Source: Trichinella spiralis (lineage: Eukaryota). From it: a stretch of DNA of 64,000 nucleotides. The position numbers were made by a program, and so were the translations under genes. The notes below the pieces were generated by a model, which worked only from the letters and a program-made list of their open reading frames with translations, had not been told where the DNA came from and did not search any database. Shown one piece after another: positions 40,148 through 55,238 of this stretch; position 1 is the first letter of the stretch; the number at the start of each line of letters is the position of its first letter. The stretch spans positions 11,272,161 to 11,336,160 of the forward strand of contig NW_003526941.1 of assembly GCF_000181795.1 (NCBI RefSeq). Direction: 5' to 3'.

Positions 40148-43100
40148 CTGAAAATAATCGATCAATCATTCGGTTGTTAATTTTTTTATATTTTTAAATT
40201 TAAAATAAAAACGGTTGCTTAACGTACGTTTATTAACAATAAATACTAATTTAATAGTAACGGATTAGTGTCAATAATAGTAATAATAACAAATGACAGT
40301 AATGTTTTGAATTAGCATGATTTCTTATGCTTCAGGAAGTGGATAGGCAAATTGAAGTTGACCTTTGAAAATATTTTCACAGAGCAAAAACAAATAAAAA
40401 AATGAAAATAATAAATAATTGAATATGTTCTGTTGTTGAGAAGGGAAAACATGGTTGCAGTGTAATAATAATAATAATAGAAGGGGGCAAATTTACAATG
40501 AACAAAAAGTGACAAAGAGATGTGGATGTTGATGAAAATATACTGCTTTGAAAAAGACAAACAGCGGTGCGTAGAACTCAAATATTTATTTCAACAAGAA
40601 AGAAAACTTGTTCCATATGGCAGCCTAGCCGGCGCTACTAGCGGCTAGAATAAATTGTCAAATGTTGAATTGCACTGTTGCTCAGAATTATTAAATTTAT
40701 TCATTGCAGAAGAGGAGGAGGAGGTTTTAAATTTTCCAAGCATTCGTTTCCAAACTGCTCATTTTACCAATTGATCAGTTGTATCCACTAGATTATGTTC
40801 GGAAAAATAATATCATCCAATATAAATAATAGGATCAAATAAATATTGCTATTCTTGAACCATTAAAAGGAATTTTCTGTTACTATATCATTTTTTCACT
40901 TAAATTGTCTCTTAATTCATGATTGATCGGTTATCATTATTATTATTGAAATTTTAAATCACTTTTGATTTCATTAATAATAAATAGCAATTGCAAATAA
41001 ATATTGATTAAAATTGTCTGCTTGAAAGTCATCTGGTGGTTAAAAATTCCATCTTATAACTCATTTCAAACGTAACTTTAAACCATCTGTTGTAGAGTTC
41101 TATTTTAAATAGTTTTCATATGAGGAAAATGAAACATGAATTGAATGCATTTGACATGAACATGTCGAAAAGTTGAAGCTGTTTTCTTCACTACATCTGT
41201 CATCAGTTTAGCATATTATTATTATTTTGAAAGCAACTGACAATTTTTTTTAAAACCAAGCTTGATACAGATGATAAGTTTTTGCATTCAGCTATTTTTA
41301 TGATTTAAGTTTGGCTAGAATAAATTTTTTAATTTATTTTTTCGTTCAAAATGTCAGCTCTTGCATTTTCTTCATTTATCATTATGTACAACTTGTTTCT
41401 TCGATTTTTGTAAACTGAAATAATAATTCAAAGTGTCAGCAATTTAAAATTTATTTGAATATTTGAAAACATTTATGGAAATGAACAATCGACTAAGTTG
41501 TTGATGGAAATATTCCAGCATTTTCCGATGAAATTTTACACTCTTAACGGAGAAACGAGAACAGTTTGTAAACTGTAATTGGAAAAGTTATTTATTAAAA
41601 ACGACATAAATGATAAATGAAGTGAATTGCCTGTTTCTAAAATAAGACGGAAAATGTGACGAAACTATAAATTTCAGGTATCTGTCATTCGAACAGATTT
41701 GTTAACATATCGGCAAGTTTTCACTAAACCTAGCAGAATTAAAATTCGCATAAAATTAAAACTTTTGATTGTACAAATCACATAATGTTGTATTTGCATT
41801 CAACTTACAACTTGTAATTTTAATTGTGTACAATTTGATAGTAAAAATATTTTTTTATTCGACAAGTGAAAGGTGAAAATGAATTTTACAGTAGAATATG
41901 TAGTGATGTTTAAATTAATTGAAAAGATACCTGCTTATTAAGTTTACTGTAATTGTGTAATAATGTACCTGAAAAGTTATCGTATGTTTAATTTTGCTCC
42001 ATTATATACTAAAAATGGATAATGAAAAAGCTATTTAAGAAGTAGATCTTACTAAATGAAATATCAGTAGTACTTAAATTTCATTTAACCACATGCCAAA
42101 ATGTTCTGTACTTTATTTATGAACATTAATGGAACAAAGAGAATGTAGTTTAAAAATAGTTGTAAACAGTTTTGTTGTAACTGGTGATGATTCATCCATC
42201 TAATCTATCATCAATAAACATGTGTTCTGAGTGTGCAGTTAATGCTTACTTTCTGTTGACAGTAATCAATGAGAAAAAATTTCGAATGTTTCACCAAAGA
42301 CAAATATGTCATTCAAATCAATTTGTTAATGTAGATGCGTAAAAAATAATCTTTTTAAATAATTTTAAGTGAAGTGCACAAATATTCAATTAAATGTGAT
42401 TAACTGAGAATCCACTTTGCATTTTCAGCTTAGTTTGATGTAACATAATGACAGTAATGCAATAAATGACGAAACGAAATGAAACAGCATAGAATAAAAA
42501 TAATATGTTTTCAAGCAATAATATTTATTTTTAACGTTGCATTGAGTTGAAGCAATTGAGAATTTATTCATTTGTCGGTTGAAAAATTAGAAATCAGACA
42601 CCAGTAGAGACAAATTATGACTTCTTTTCTATTTCTATATTTGAATTAAAAGGTGATCAATAAAATGATGAGAAAATGGTTAACAAAAAATACTAGCTAA
42701 GCTTTTTCAGTTTTTCAAATCAAAATACAGTCGCTGGAAAAATGAAAATTTTTTAAATATTGTTTCTTGTCATTTTTTTGAAATACTTTATTGTTGAGCA
42801 TGAAAAATATTAAATGTTTGAAAAGGTGTTGATGAAAATACAATTATTTCTCATCTGTGAAAATATATTTTCAAAAAATTTATATATATTCCAGAGGGGA
42901 TTGATTTTATTTGCTCAATAAACGAGACAAGCAAAATTGCAACTCGCATCGAGCAGCAGTTGCACATATGGAAGGGGAAAAGCATCGCGCTTGCTTGACC
43001 TACGCAGAGGTGAATCAGCGAGATTGATGCTGAGTCTGGATGAGAAAATTGGATCAATTTTTGACTGACAACTGTTGTATTTCGGATTTGAGAAAATAAT

Positions 43101-43294
43101 AATAATAATAATAATAATATGAATCAATAAAAGTGTCCAGTTTGAGTATTTGTCCCTTATCAAATAATGCACTGATGATTTCTATTTTTGTTTTCGTTTT
43201 AAATAATTATGCAGATTTAAAAAAATTAAATATACTGTCAAAGAGTATGAAATCATCATTTTTTCAAATGTGAAAGAAAAATGGCAAATTTTAC

Positions 43295-43369
43295 CTCGCT
43301 AGGAGAATGCGGAGTTGCTTTTAATGGAAGTCTTTTTCTTGGCCGAAAGCCACTGATGAATGGAATCAG
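43295..43369 (-). CDS. unc-33: Candidate alternative first exon of unc-33 (medium isoform), putative CUG start
   Basis: CTG ATT CCA TTC ATC AGT GGC TTT ... AGC GAG|gtaaaa: 25 codons with a phase-0 donor compatible with the phase-0 acceptor at 40148. There is no in-frame ATG, and an in-frame TAA lies a few codons upstream. Confidence 0.4.
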
Positions 43370-46300
43370 CTTGACAACGCCGTATTAAGCAGTTTCAATA
43401 TGCAGAGTTTGAGCGTTTTGTTTGTGTTGTTTAAAAATATATTATTGTTGAAGTTTAACAAAAAAATTATATATTAAATATGAATGAGAAGAGTTGAAGG
43501 CAGTAAAGTGTTGGGGGGAAGAAGGGGACTTTTTCGACAACCTCAAAACAGACTAGACGTACAAGTACATGCTAACGCGAGCAGACAGTGACAGCAAGCA
43601 CAACTGGTCTTGGTGTAATAATGACTAGCGAGCAGCAACATTAAGCACAGCCGGCCAGGCAGACAGCAGCCAATAATGACGCCTTTGTTCGGCATCTTTC
43701 TGTTCTAGATGGCATTGATTAGCAAGCAGATCAATAATCAATGACGTCTATCAATGAATTAAGCTTCCTTTTAGCTTTTTTTTATTACCATTTAAGTGAA
43801 ATTTTCCAACACACACACACATCTACAGTATTGCTCCACTTGTCTATTTGGCCAGTAATTTTAAATATAGTCATCTAATAATATTACATACCGCCTAGGA
43901 TTGATTAATAATAACAAAACTGGAAGAATTTGTTTTTGTTTGTTTCTTGGTTTGTTTAATAATTATGACTATATAATCTAATTTAGTGTAAGAAAATTTT
44001 TGAAATTGTTCTGCAAAAATATTTTGCTTTCATTGCAAAAGTTAAAAAACATCTTCTGACAATTTTATAACTGATATAAATAGCATTTCTGCAATCACTT
44101 GATAAAGAATACATAATGCATGGAAAAGACAATCTGGCAGTTTTGCATTTTGTTATTTTAAAATTGCAGGATATTGTCAACAATTCTTCACTTCCCTTTT
44201 ACAAATATGGTAATTACATAACAAATTTTGAATCGACTGAAGAATGTTTACTTTCATCTGCAAATCTTGTTCAGGCAATATACATATTTTTTTCAATTAT
44301 TGAACGTGTAGAAACTTGTTTTACAAAAATTATGGGTTTTACATTAGAAAATGTCTAATTTTCAACTTCTTACTGACATTTTAATTATACGTCATACGAA
44401 AATGGTTATTCTACTTCGATTGTTTGCAAAGCAGAGGCAGAATTGCATTTTGTATTTTGCAATTTTATTCGATCAATTTTCCATTGTTTACAATGTTTTG
44501 CACTGCATTGCGTAAGCATAAATTGAAGACCTTGAAACTGACATAATTTTTTGTTAATAACCATAATTAAAAGACAAATTTTTTGAAATATATGAAATGA
44601 AGCATACCCCTTCTGTGTACATATTTTCCATGTAACTTATTGCACGTCTGAAGAAACAATTCATATCAAACCTTTGTTATAAAGGATACTGTAAAATTGA
44701 AACTTTTACATTTAAACTTACTGTCACTGTGTAATATATAATAAGTAAATGAATATATTAACCTGTTTAATGGAAGACTATTTTGTAATTTATTTTGATC
44801 ATTTTTAATTTAAATATGAAACTTGTTTAATTCCAAAATTGTAATATTTTGAAAACACCATTGCGATCACTATTGCAAATGCAAATGAATAAGGCAATTG
44901 TTTAGTTGATTCGCAGAAATTTTCTAATACATTATTTACGACGTGAATATAAACTGAAATATAGTACTTAAGAAACAAAGCACATTAAGCACGACGAATT
45001 TGTAAATTGTACAAATGTAACCAATTTTTAAACGAATCAATCAATATACTGTTATTGTATTTGTTCTTGATTAAGTATTTATAATTTTTCCTAAATAATC
45101 TTTGACATTAATTTGAATAAATTTAAAACTTCAAAAGCTTAAACTATAATAAGTTTAATAATATTTTTTTAAAAATGTAAACTTTTTCACTGCATTGTAA
45201 AGTATAATAACGTTTGATGCCGAATTTTTACATTTCAGCGTTGGAGATGGATAATTTTAATATTGGTACTTAGTTTATGAGTTTTTTAAACAATATTTGC
45301 AAAATACATACATGAATTGAAAGTATAAAACATTTTCTTTGCATGTAAGAATTGAAGATGAATTCTGTTGAAAATTAGCAGTTTTGACGTACTTTCAGCA
45401 CTTGTTATTTCGTCAGCTGTTTCGTTAGTTATTCGATTTAATAAACAATGTTGTTCTTTTTATGAATTTTAAACTTTAAAAAATGAATTACTTTTGAAAT
45501 AAAATTTTTTTAGAATCAGATTTAATTTTCGGTTTATGCAGATTTATAAAATTGCATAAACTTTGATGGGGAATATTTTGTTCTACGAGTATTTTCGCTT
45601 TAAATATTTTAAGCATCCATGTTCCACGATTGCACCATTATAGCTTGATAGTCTAAGTATGATTGAATTACCAAGTTCAGCTTTGGGACGTTGAACTTGC
45701 AGCGTAAATTAATTTAATGAAAATCAGAAGTTAAAATTTCTAAACAACAAATGCAAACATCATTTTAAACCATAAATACTTCACCATATGTAGTTTATTT
45801 TTTGAATTTTTTTATGGAAAATTTAAAAAACACATATTAGTCTTATTGATTTGATGGAAAATTTGCTTTCCCACGTTCATTCATCATTTCTGAGCTTTGC
45901 TTAACAATTTGGCTAACTGGGTTTATCGATTGAAACTTTTATTCAGCCTTATCAGTTCCGTTTTTTCCCATTTTGGTTTTTTCTCTGCAGACTCGTTTTA
46001 ACGTGCACTGAACAATTTTAATTGTTATGCCGAAGATTTCAATTGATCTTGCTTTTCTTTACTTAGATGCTTACAATGAATGATTGTGCGTGAAATCTAA
46101 TGTTTAATTATAATTTCTGCTTGTGTCCAAAAAAAACATTAGCTATTGTTTTGTTTGTTTGTTTGTTTTTTCTGCATCCGAATGAGATTTCCTAAATTAA
46201 TATTTAATATGTTCAGAGTTTTTCTTTTCTGAATTAAAATTCTAAAAATTAGCGTGAAAATGCAATAAATACGGCATTTGTGTTTTTCAAAGATCCTGTC

Positions 46301-46630
46301 TGAAGATTCTCTCTGTTTCCCTTGAGGCTTTGAATTCGACTATTCATGCAGAGGGAAGGAGGGCTGGGGGTTGAGTGTTTAGGCCGCAGACGGATAAATT
46401 GTCGCGAATCGATCTTATCATCTTAGGAAAATAATAGAAAGGCGAGGTCATTAAAAAGCGGTGCAATCTAATTGCAAACTGGAAAATGGGATGGAAATAA
46501 AAAGTATATGTAAAACAAGCATCAGCGTTCGGGTGTGAATTTTGCAATGTAAAATTTTATTTATCATTTCCTCCTCCTTCTCCTCTTCCTCCTCCTCCTC
46601 TCTATTCAGGTAAGCTTTAGATTCACTTAC

Positions 46631-47278
46631 CTGAACGTTGCTCGGATTGTGATTTCGTGGTGAATATTTTTTCTTGGAAAATTGTTTCGTTTGGAAACGA
46701 GCAGATGCTGTTTGTTGCTGCGGATGTTTGGCCAGATTCCGAGGCGAGACGTTGGCAAAGTTCGAAGCTCTCGAAGTGGCCGGTCGTCCGGATGGTTTGA
46801 CAATTTTTACCGCTTTTGCTTCTGCTGCGGAATTGGAGATGTTGCGTTGGAAGGGGCGGGATTTCGTGGACCTCGGCTGCCAGCTGCGACTCAGTGGACC
46901 GACGTTGGAACCACCGGATTGGTCGATTAAGTCAAAAATGGCTCCGGATCGTTTTTGAATTGAAAGCGTGGGCGAGGCAGAGGTGGCACGGTCGCGGGGG
47001 TTCCAAATCCAGCCGCTTGTGGTCGTTCTTGAAAAGCACGCATCCGTTCTCGACAGGACGGGATTCGGCACCGGATGTTCAGTTCGCACAAGTTCCGAAC
47101 CACCAAAGTGACGGTATCGGTGATCCGTTTCGGCATTGGCAGGCGGGATAAGGATGAAAAATGAATCGTTGCTACAACGGGGCGGTGGCGTTTCCGCATT
47201 CTGGCCCGGCTGCATGGCGAATGCTAACTTGCCAGGGCGGGATGTTTTCCAGGCGAAGGCAGAAATGAATGGGAAAAT
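46631..47278 (-). CDS. unc-33: Candidate long alternative first exon of unc-33 (long isoform N-terminal extension)
   Basis: GC-rich open frame (ORF 46451-47368) ending AAC GTT CAG|gtaagt at 46631, a perfect phase-0 donor in frame with ag|GCG GCC ATG at 40147. The first in-frame ATG is 47215 (195 codons); a possible upstream AUU start is at 47278 (216 codons). Confidence 0.65.
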
Positions 47279-49225
47279 TTTGATTCTTCCAAATGGCACC
47301 AATCCACTGCCGGCGGCCTGTGAATAGGCGGAGCCAGGACGTGGCGCGTCGGTGGTTAAAAATGACAATTAGTTAATCGAACCTATGTATTTGCTTTTCT
47401 CAACGACACTGCAGCTTTGATTATGCAAAGAATAAACTGAAAAACCGTAATATTTTTTTTGTTATATATCTATTTCTCATCATGTCACGAGTATTTCTTT
47501 TTAATGTTTTTAAATAATTCATTGCGATAACTATTGTGCAGTAGCTTTGTCTGACAGACAGCTTGTTTTTGTCGGCTAACTGAACAGCACTGATCGTAGC
47601 AGTTTAGCGTCGAATCGATTGGTAAGTAATGTAATCATCATCATACATAGCCTGCGTAAACCCTCGTCGGTTTATCCTGGTAACCACCGTTTATTCTGCT
47701 GATCTACGTATTGATCTTATCTATCTTTAATTTTTTACTTTCAAACATTCTATATTTTAGTTTTGATTATAAAATTATTTATTAAAATTGAAACAAAAAT
47801 TATTAAATAACTTTTTTTGCTCAGACTTTCAAAAACAAATAGCAAACGTGTGCATTTAAAATGTAACAAATTGGATCGCGTTGTCGCATTATATTTAATT
47901 AATTAATGTTTGTGTTTTCGATAAACTTGCCGTTTGATAAAAGGAAGCTTGTTTTAATTAAACTAATTTCATAACGCACATTTACGGATTTTTTTTTCGA
48001 AAAAAACATATACTTTTCGTTATATTACTGTCCAAGTGCAGTTGCTGAAAAAAGATGCTTTTGTTTTAAATATGAATTATTGTAATTTTTATTTTTTAAT
48101 CAAAAATCTTCATTTCAACATTTGAATATATTATTTTGTACAATTACAAATCAATTTGATAAAATCATAAAGTCAGTAATTTAGTTGAAAATTCATTCTT
48201 TGCAATTTATTCTATAATTTTTATTCAGTCGAAATTATTATTTGGAAAAATTGTTCCCTATTATTTATATTCATTTTATTTCTGTTTCTGCAACTACAGA
48301 ATGAAATATTCGATTGTTCAATGTACTTGACTTTCTTTTTTAAATACGGTATTAGAACAGTGTCCATATTAATCTTTTAGCTGTTGCAGAAAACTCGGGC
48401 CGGTGGGTGGTTTTGCAGCGAAGAATGAAAAGAGTGGACGAAAAAGGACATCAAAATCGTACTTCAGTGTCAATGAAAGCGGGTGCTTGCTTCAGAATAT
48501 CCAATCTGCTCTGGTGAATTACCATTGCTTGCGTCGCTTCAGCCGGTTTGCTTCGCTTCGCAAAGAACTGCAGTTTTTGAGCACACTGAAAATCTGTTTT
48601 GAAGTAGTTTGTTTAAAAGAAAATTTGTTTGTTTTATTCATTTTTGTCACAACTTTTAGTTCAATTTATTTATATCAGTTGTTTGTTACCAGGGCTTCCT
48701 TCTGGTCGTCCTCCGTAACGTTCGTTTAAAGTAGGTTTCTTACAGAAGTGAGTGATCACTGAAATGCTTCAAAATTTTTTATTAGTATCGTACGAAATTT
48801 CGATATTTGATGTGTTTGCAGAAAACTGTTGTGTTGAATTAAATATTCTATCTGTATTTGAATAAAGTAAGTTTACGCAGCAAAGTCAAATGACAGTTTC
48901 GGGTTGAAGTAAGTTTTACGTGAAATTGGAAATCACGTATTCACTGAAAAAAAACAGAAAAAGCAGAAGTTGCTTTTAATTAAAGTAAGCTTGATGATTG
49001 TCTGTCAAAAACAATAAATGGCAATGTGTTGCAATGTTTTTTTGAATTTATTAAATGACTACGGGAGTAAGTTTGTTTTTTCAAAATACAAAGAAATGTG
49101 GAATCTTTATTTCTGAAACATCGACATTGTGTTATCACAAGTAAGGGCAATGTCCAATGAATGTCTGCAGTAAATAAGTGTAAATTGTATTATATCAATG
49201 ATTTGGACTGCTGAAAGATGGCCGC

Positions 49226-49275
49226 GTATGTGTATATGTATATGTATATGTATATATGTGTGTGTGTGTGTGTGT
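49226..49275. repeat. Compound microsatellite (TATATG)n-(TG)n
   Basis: gtatgtgtatatgtatatgtatatgtatatatgtgtgtgtgtgtgtgtgt seen directly. Confidence 0.85.
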
Positions 49276-52200
49276 TTGTTGTGTGCGTATGTGAACAGTT
49301 TGTTTGTTGATCAGTAAAATTTAATGAAGTGATTTTGTAGTGCCAATGTCTGGTCTTGTCCGCTTGATCTGCTCAGCAGAGAAGTTTACACTTTTTTTTA
49401 CCGCGTAGATATTTTTTCTTGGTTGAGTTTTTGAAGCTGAAACACACAGTTTGTTGAAGTAAGTTTGTGCGAGTGAATTTAGAATTTTGAGCATATCAAA
49501 GAAGAAGAAATGGTTGAGTAATTTTTAATAGAAGAAAGTGAAGAACTGTAGAGAAGAGGGCAGTATATAGTTGGTTTTGATTCTTAGATTGTTTAATGAA
49601 TACCCAGTTGAAACAAAGCAACTGCTACTTTGTGCTTCTGACAGCATAAGTGATATTTCAAGTAAGCTTAAGGTTAATTGCGCATTTATCCGATTGCGCT
49701 TGTATGTTTAAATTATTACTGCGCTTCATTAGGATGTTTTAGGCATTCGTATGTGTATGTTCAGCTGCTTGTATGTTTTGGTTGAAACTTTTTCAAACCA
49801 TTGTTGTTGAACTGCGACATTTTCTTAATTTTTTCAAAATCCCAAGTAGGAGCTCAATTCTTATTGTTTGCGTGAAATCTATAATTTTTAATGTCAAGTT
49901 TGAGTTGATCAACTTGCAGCGTGGTCGCAGCCGCAAACTTGCGATCCATCCAATCAATGAATGGTTCAAAAGTAAACACTGTCCAGCACTACAGTCATAC
50001 TAGCAGAAGTAAATCTCTGATTTATTTTCAATTATGCATGTGTAAAAAAAAATTTTTTTATCTATAAAAATTGCACTATTTAGAAATGTGTAAATTCGTT
50101 TTTGTAATGAAAATTTAGCGATTTCAGAAAATTATATTCCTATCAACTAAAAACCTTACACAGTGTAATGTGAAACATTAATAAAAGTGTTGTATGGTAA
50201 AATAAACGTTAAAATATGCAAATTTTAATTGTGCAAATCAGTTTATTTTCTATTTGGCAAAATGTTTGTTTTTTTTAATTTAATGTATCGTGATGAAGTT
50301 AGGGCAATGATGTTTTCAATCTGCTGCAGTTTTCAGTTGTTATAAAGCAGTTACATCAAATTAACTGTTTCAGTGAATATTTATTTATGTAAAATTAGTT
50401 CTATAATCAAGTATAATTGGAGCTGTATAGGTTTACATTACGAGCGATTCTGTTTTATAAATTATTAATAAAAGAAAAATAAATGTTTAAAATCTGCAAC
50501 CGAAGAAGATTATGAAGATTAACATTTTGCAAAGTGATCGAATTAATTTAGTGAAACTCACTAACATTGACATTAATTTTAAAAGGATATGTATGAAGTT
50601 TGATGATAAAAGTAATTTTGATTTAACTTCATTCATCATACAGTTGTACTTACTTGTGATATACTGTAAATCACAATTGAAATTGCATTCTGTGAAAAAG
50701 TAGACGTTTTTCATATAAAAAACATTTATAATACAGTAATTTATGAAAATCTTAATACATGCATCTGTACGTATGGATGCTGATTTTTGTGCATTTACAG
50801 CGTGAAGCAATGCGCCTGTGTTGTTGTGTTAAATTTAATAACAATTATAAATAACTCATGAATGAATGATCGTGATGAACAATAAATTTGTTTATTTTCA
50901 ATTTAAAAAAACGCCATATTAAATTAATAGTAACGTTGATCATGTAAGCAGTTAACTTTTATATTAGATTATATTCTACAGTAATTTAAAATTGAAATGT
51001 TTATAAACTGTACAATATTTCAAATAAATAGTTGAAATGATAATTAATTTATTTCAGAAATAACCACCTTAACGAGTGATTATTTTTATTAGGTTACTGT
51101 GCAGGCAACATACAGGATAAAAGAAACCGCGATGATTAGTTAAAAATTTTTTTTTAAATAATTAAACGGCTGTAAAAGTTGATTGAAATGTTCTTTGGCA
51201 TGCTGTCAAATGTATATGTAAATTATTATGCAGAAATTAGGCAGCAGTTAATAAAGATTAAAACCCAATAAAGGTTTACTATGTTTAATATATGAGGTGG
51301 TTTCATTGGCCAAGTGTTTTAAACTTACTTGGCGGGGGATTGTCTGTGATCAAGAAGGCAGGAATCCCAGAGGGAGGCGTATTCATTGCACTACGAATGG
51401 CGCTGAACTCTGTGCTGCCCCGAATAGGGGCAGGCAACCGCGTAATTTTTTAGTGTGGGATTGCGTTCGCGCTATCCCGACTTTTATCCATCCCCCATTC
51501 CATTATTCCAAATAAACCCCTACTATTGTTTGTTATTAATTTTTTATTGAATTTATTTTTGTAGACTATTCTTTTAAATTATTTTATTTATTTTATTACT
51601 ATTTAGTTTTTCTACCCATATTGTGCAGATTAAATGGCTTGAATTAGTGTTGTGTTGTTCTAGATAGTGTATACGTTATTTAGCCTTGTTCTAATATATG
51701 CGGGAATTTGGTGTTTAATTTTCATCATTATTCTTTTCATTTTGCGACTGATCAAATTGAAGCGCCCACGTGAAGCAGCTGCATCCATCTGATAACAGTG
51801 ATGTAATACCATCTGTCTGAGAATTTCAGTCTTGCCCTTTGTCGCGCTTTGCATAGCAGCACAGCGATAACTTCTCCTCCTTGAATTGACCGTGCTCTTT
51901 ATTGACCGGTTAAACAACAGTGCAGATTTATTTCGCAATTTAAAATATGTGGCACGACTTTGGCGTACAGTATTCCTATGGTGTTCAGGTACCATATCAG
52001 TTATCGATTCATTAAGGTGTTAATTTAGTGCACTGTAGGTCTTCAATTTCAAATAAAGTAATGTGTTGTTGCTATTTTTTCATTTTTAAGCATTTATTCA
52101 TAACACACAATGTTGGTTTTGGGCACTTTGCAACGTCTGTTGTTTCCACAATAATTAAAGCATAAAGCTTAAGAGAATTTACCGAAACAGTTTTGTCGTT

Positions 52201-52870
52201 GTTCAATTGAATTTTTCAAAATACTCGGAAATGATGTGTTAGAATAAACGTATTAAACAAATTGCAATCAGAAAATCTGCAACAACGACAACAACAACAA
52301 CAACAAGAATTATGATTATAATAGGTAAACATTTATTTCATACTTTATTGGTTTTAATTTTGCATGTTTTACAACATGACAACGTGTTTACTGTAATTGC
52401 AAAAATGGCTTTTTATGTAATAGTATTTTTCAAATGGTGTAATTTTTGCATTTTATATGTTTACTTCAAAGTTTTTTATGCTTGTTATTGAATTTTTAAT
52501 GATAAATAATTGCAATCTGTTGATGTTGAAAATTTAAGTACTTAATTTTCAAAAAAGTGGAAAATCCATTTTATGTAACCTACTTGCCATTAGCACAGTA
52601 TGCTGCCGTTTTAGTCTGTTTCTGCGGTTGATTTTATTTTCTTTGCGCTTCGCTTTATTTTTCAACGTTATTTTTACGAGCATGTGCTTTACGTGAATTG
52701 TTTTGAAATTTTAGATTTTTAACGAAGCTCGTGTTAGCTTTGCCACCGTTTTTTTCCTGGCCTGCAACTTTGCCTATGTTATTGAGCATTCGGTACGCGC
52801 CGTCGGTGTGCCTAAATTTCCAGCCTTGCTTTTCTTGCTTTTCTGAACTATATTCTAATTATTGAAGCAT

Positions 52871-55238
<2,368 letters not shown>

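Noticed and set aside
40624..40647. Short inverted repeat ctagccg...cggctag in the unc-33 intron
   Set aside because: The 7-bp stem is too short to support an RNA gene or element.
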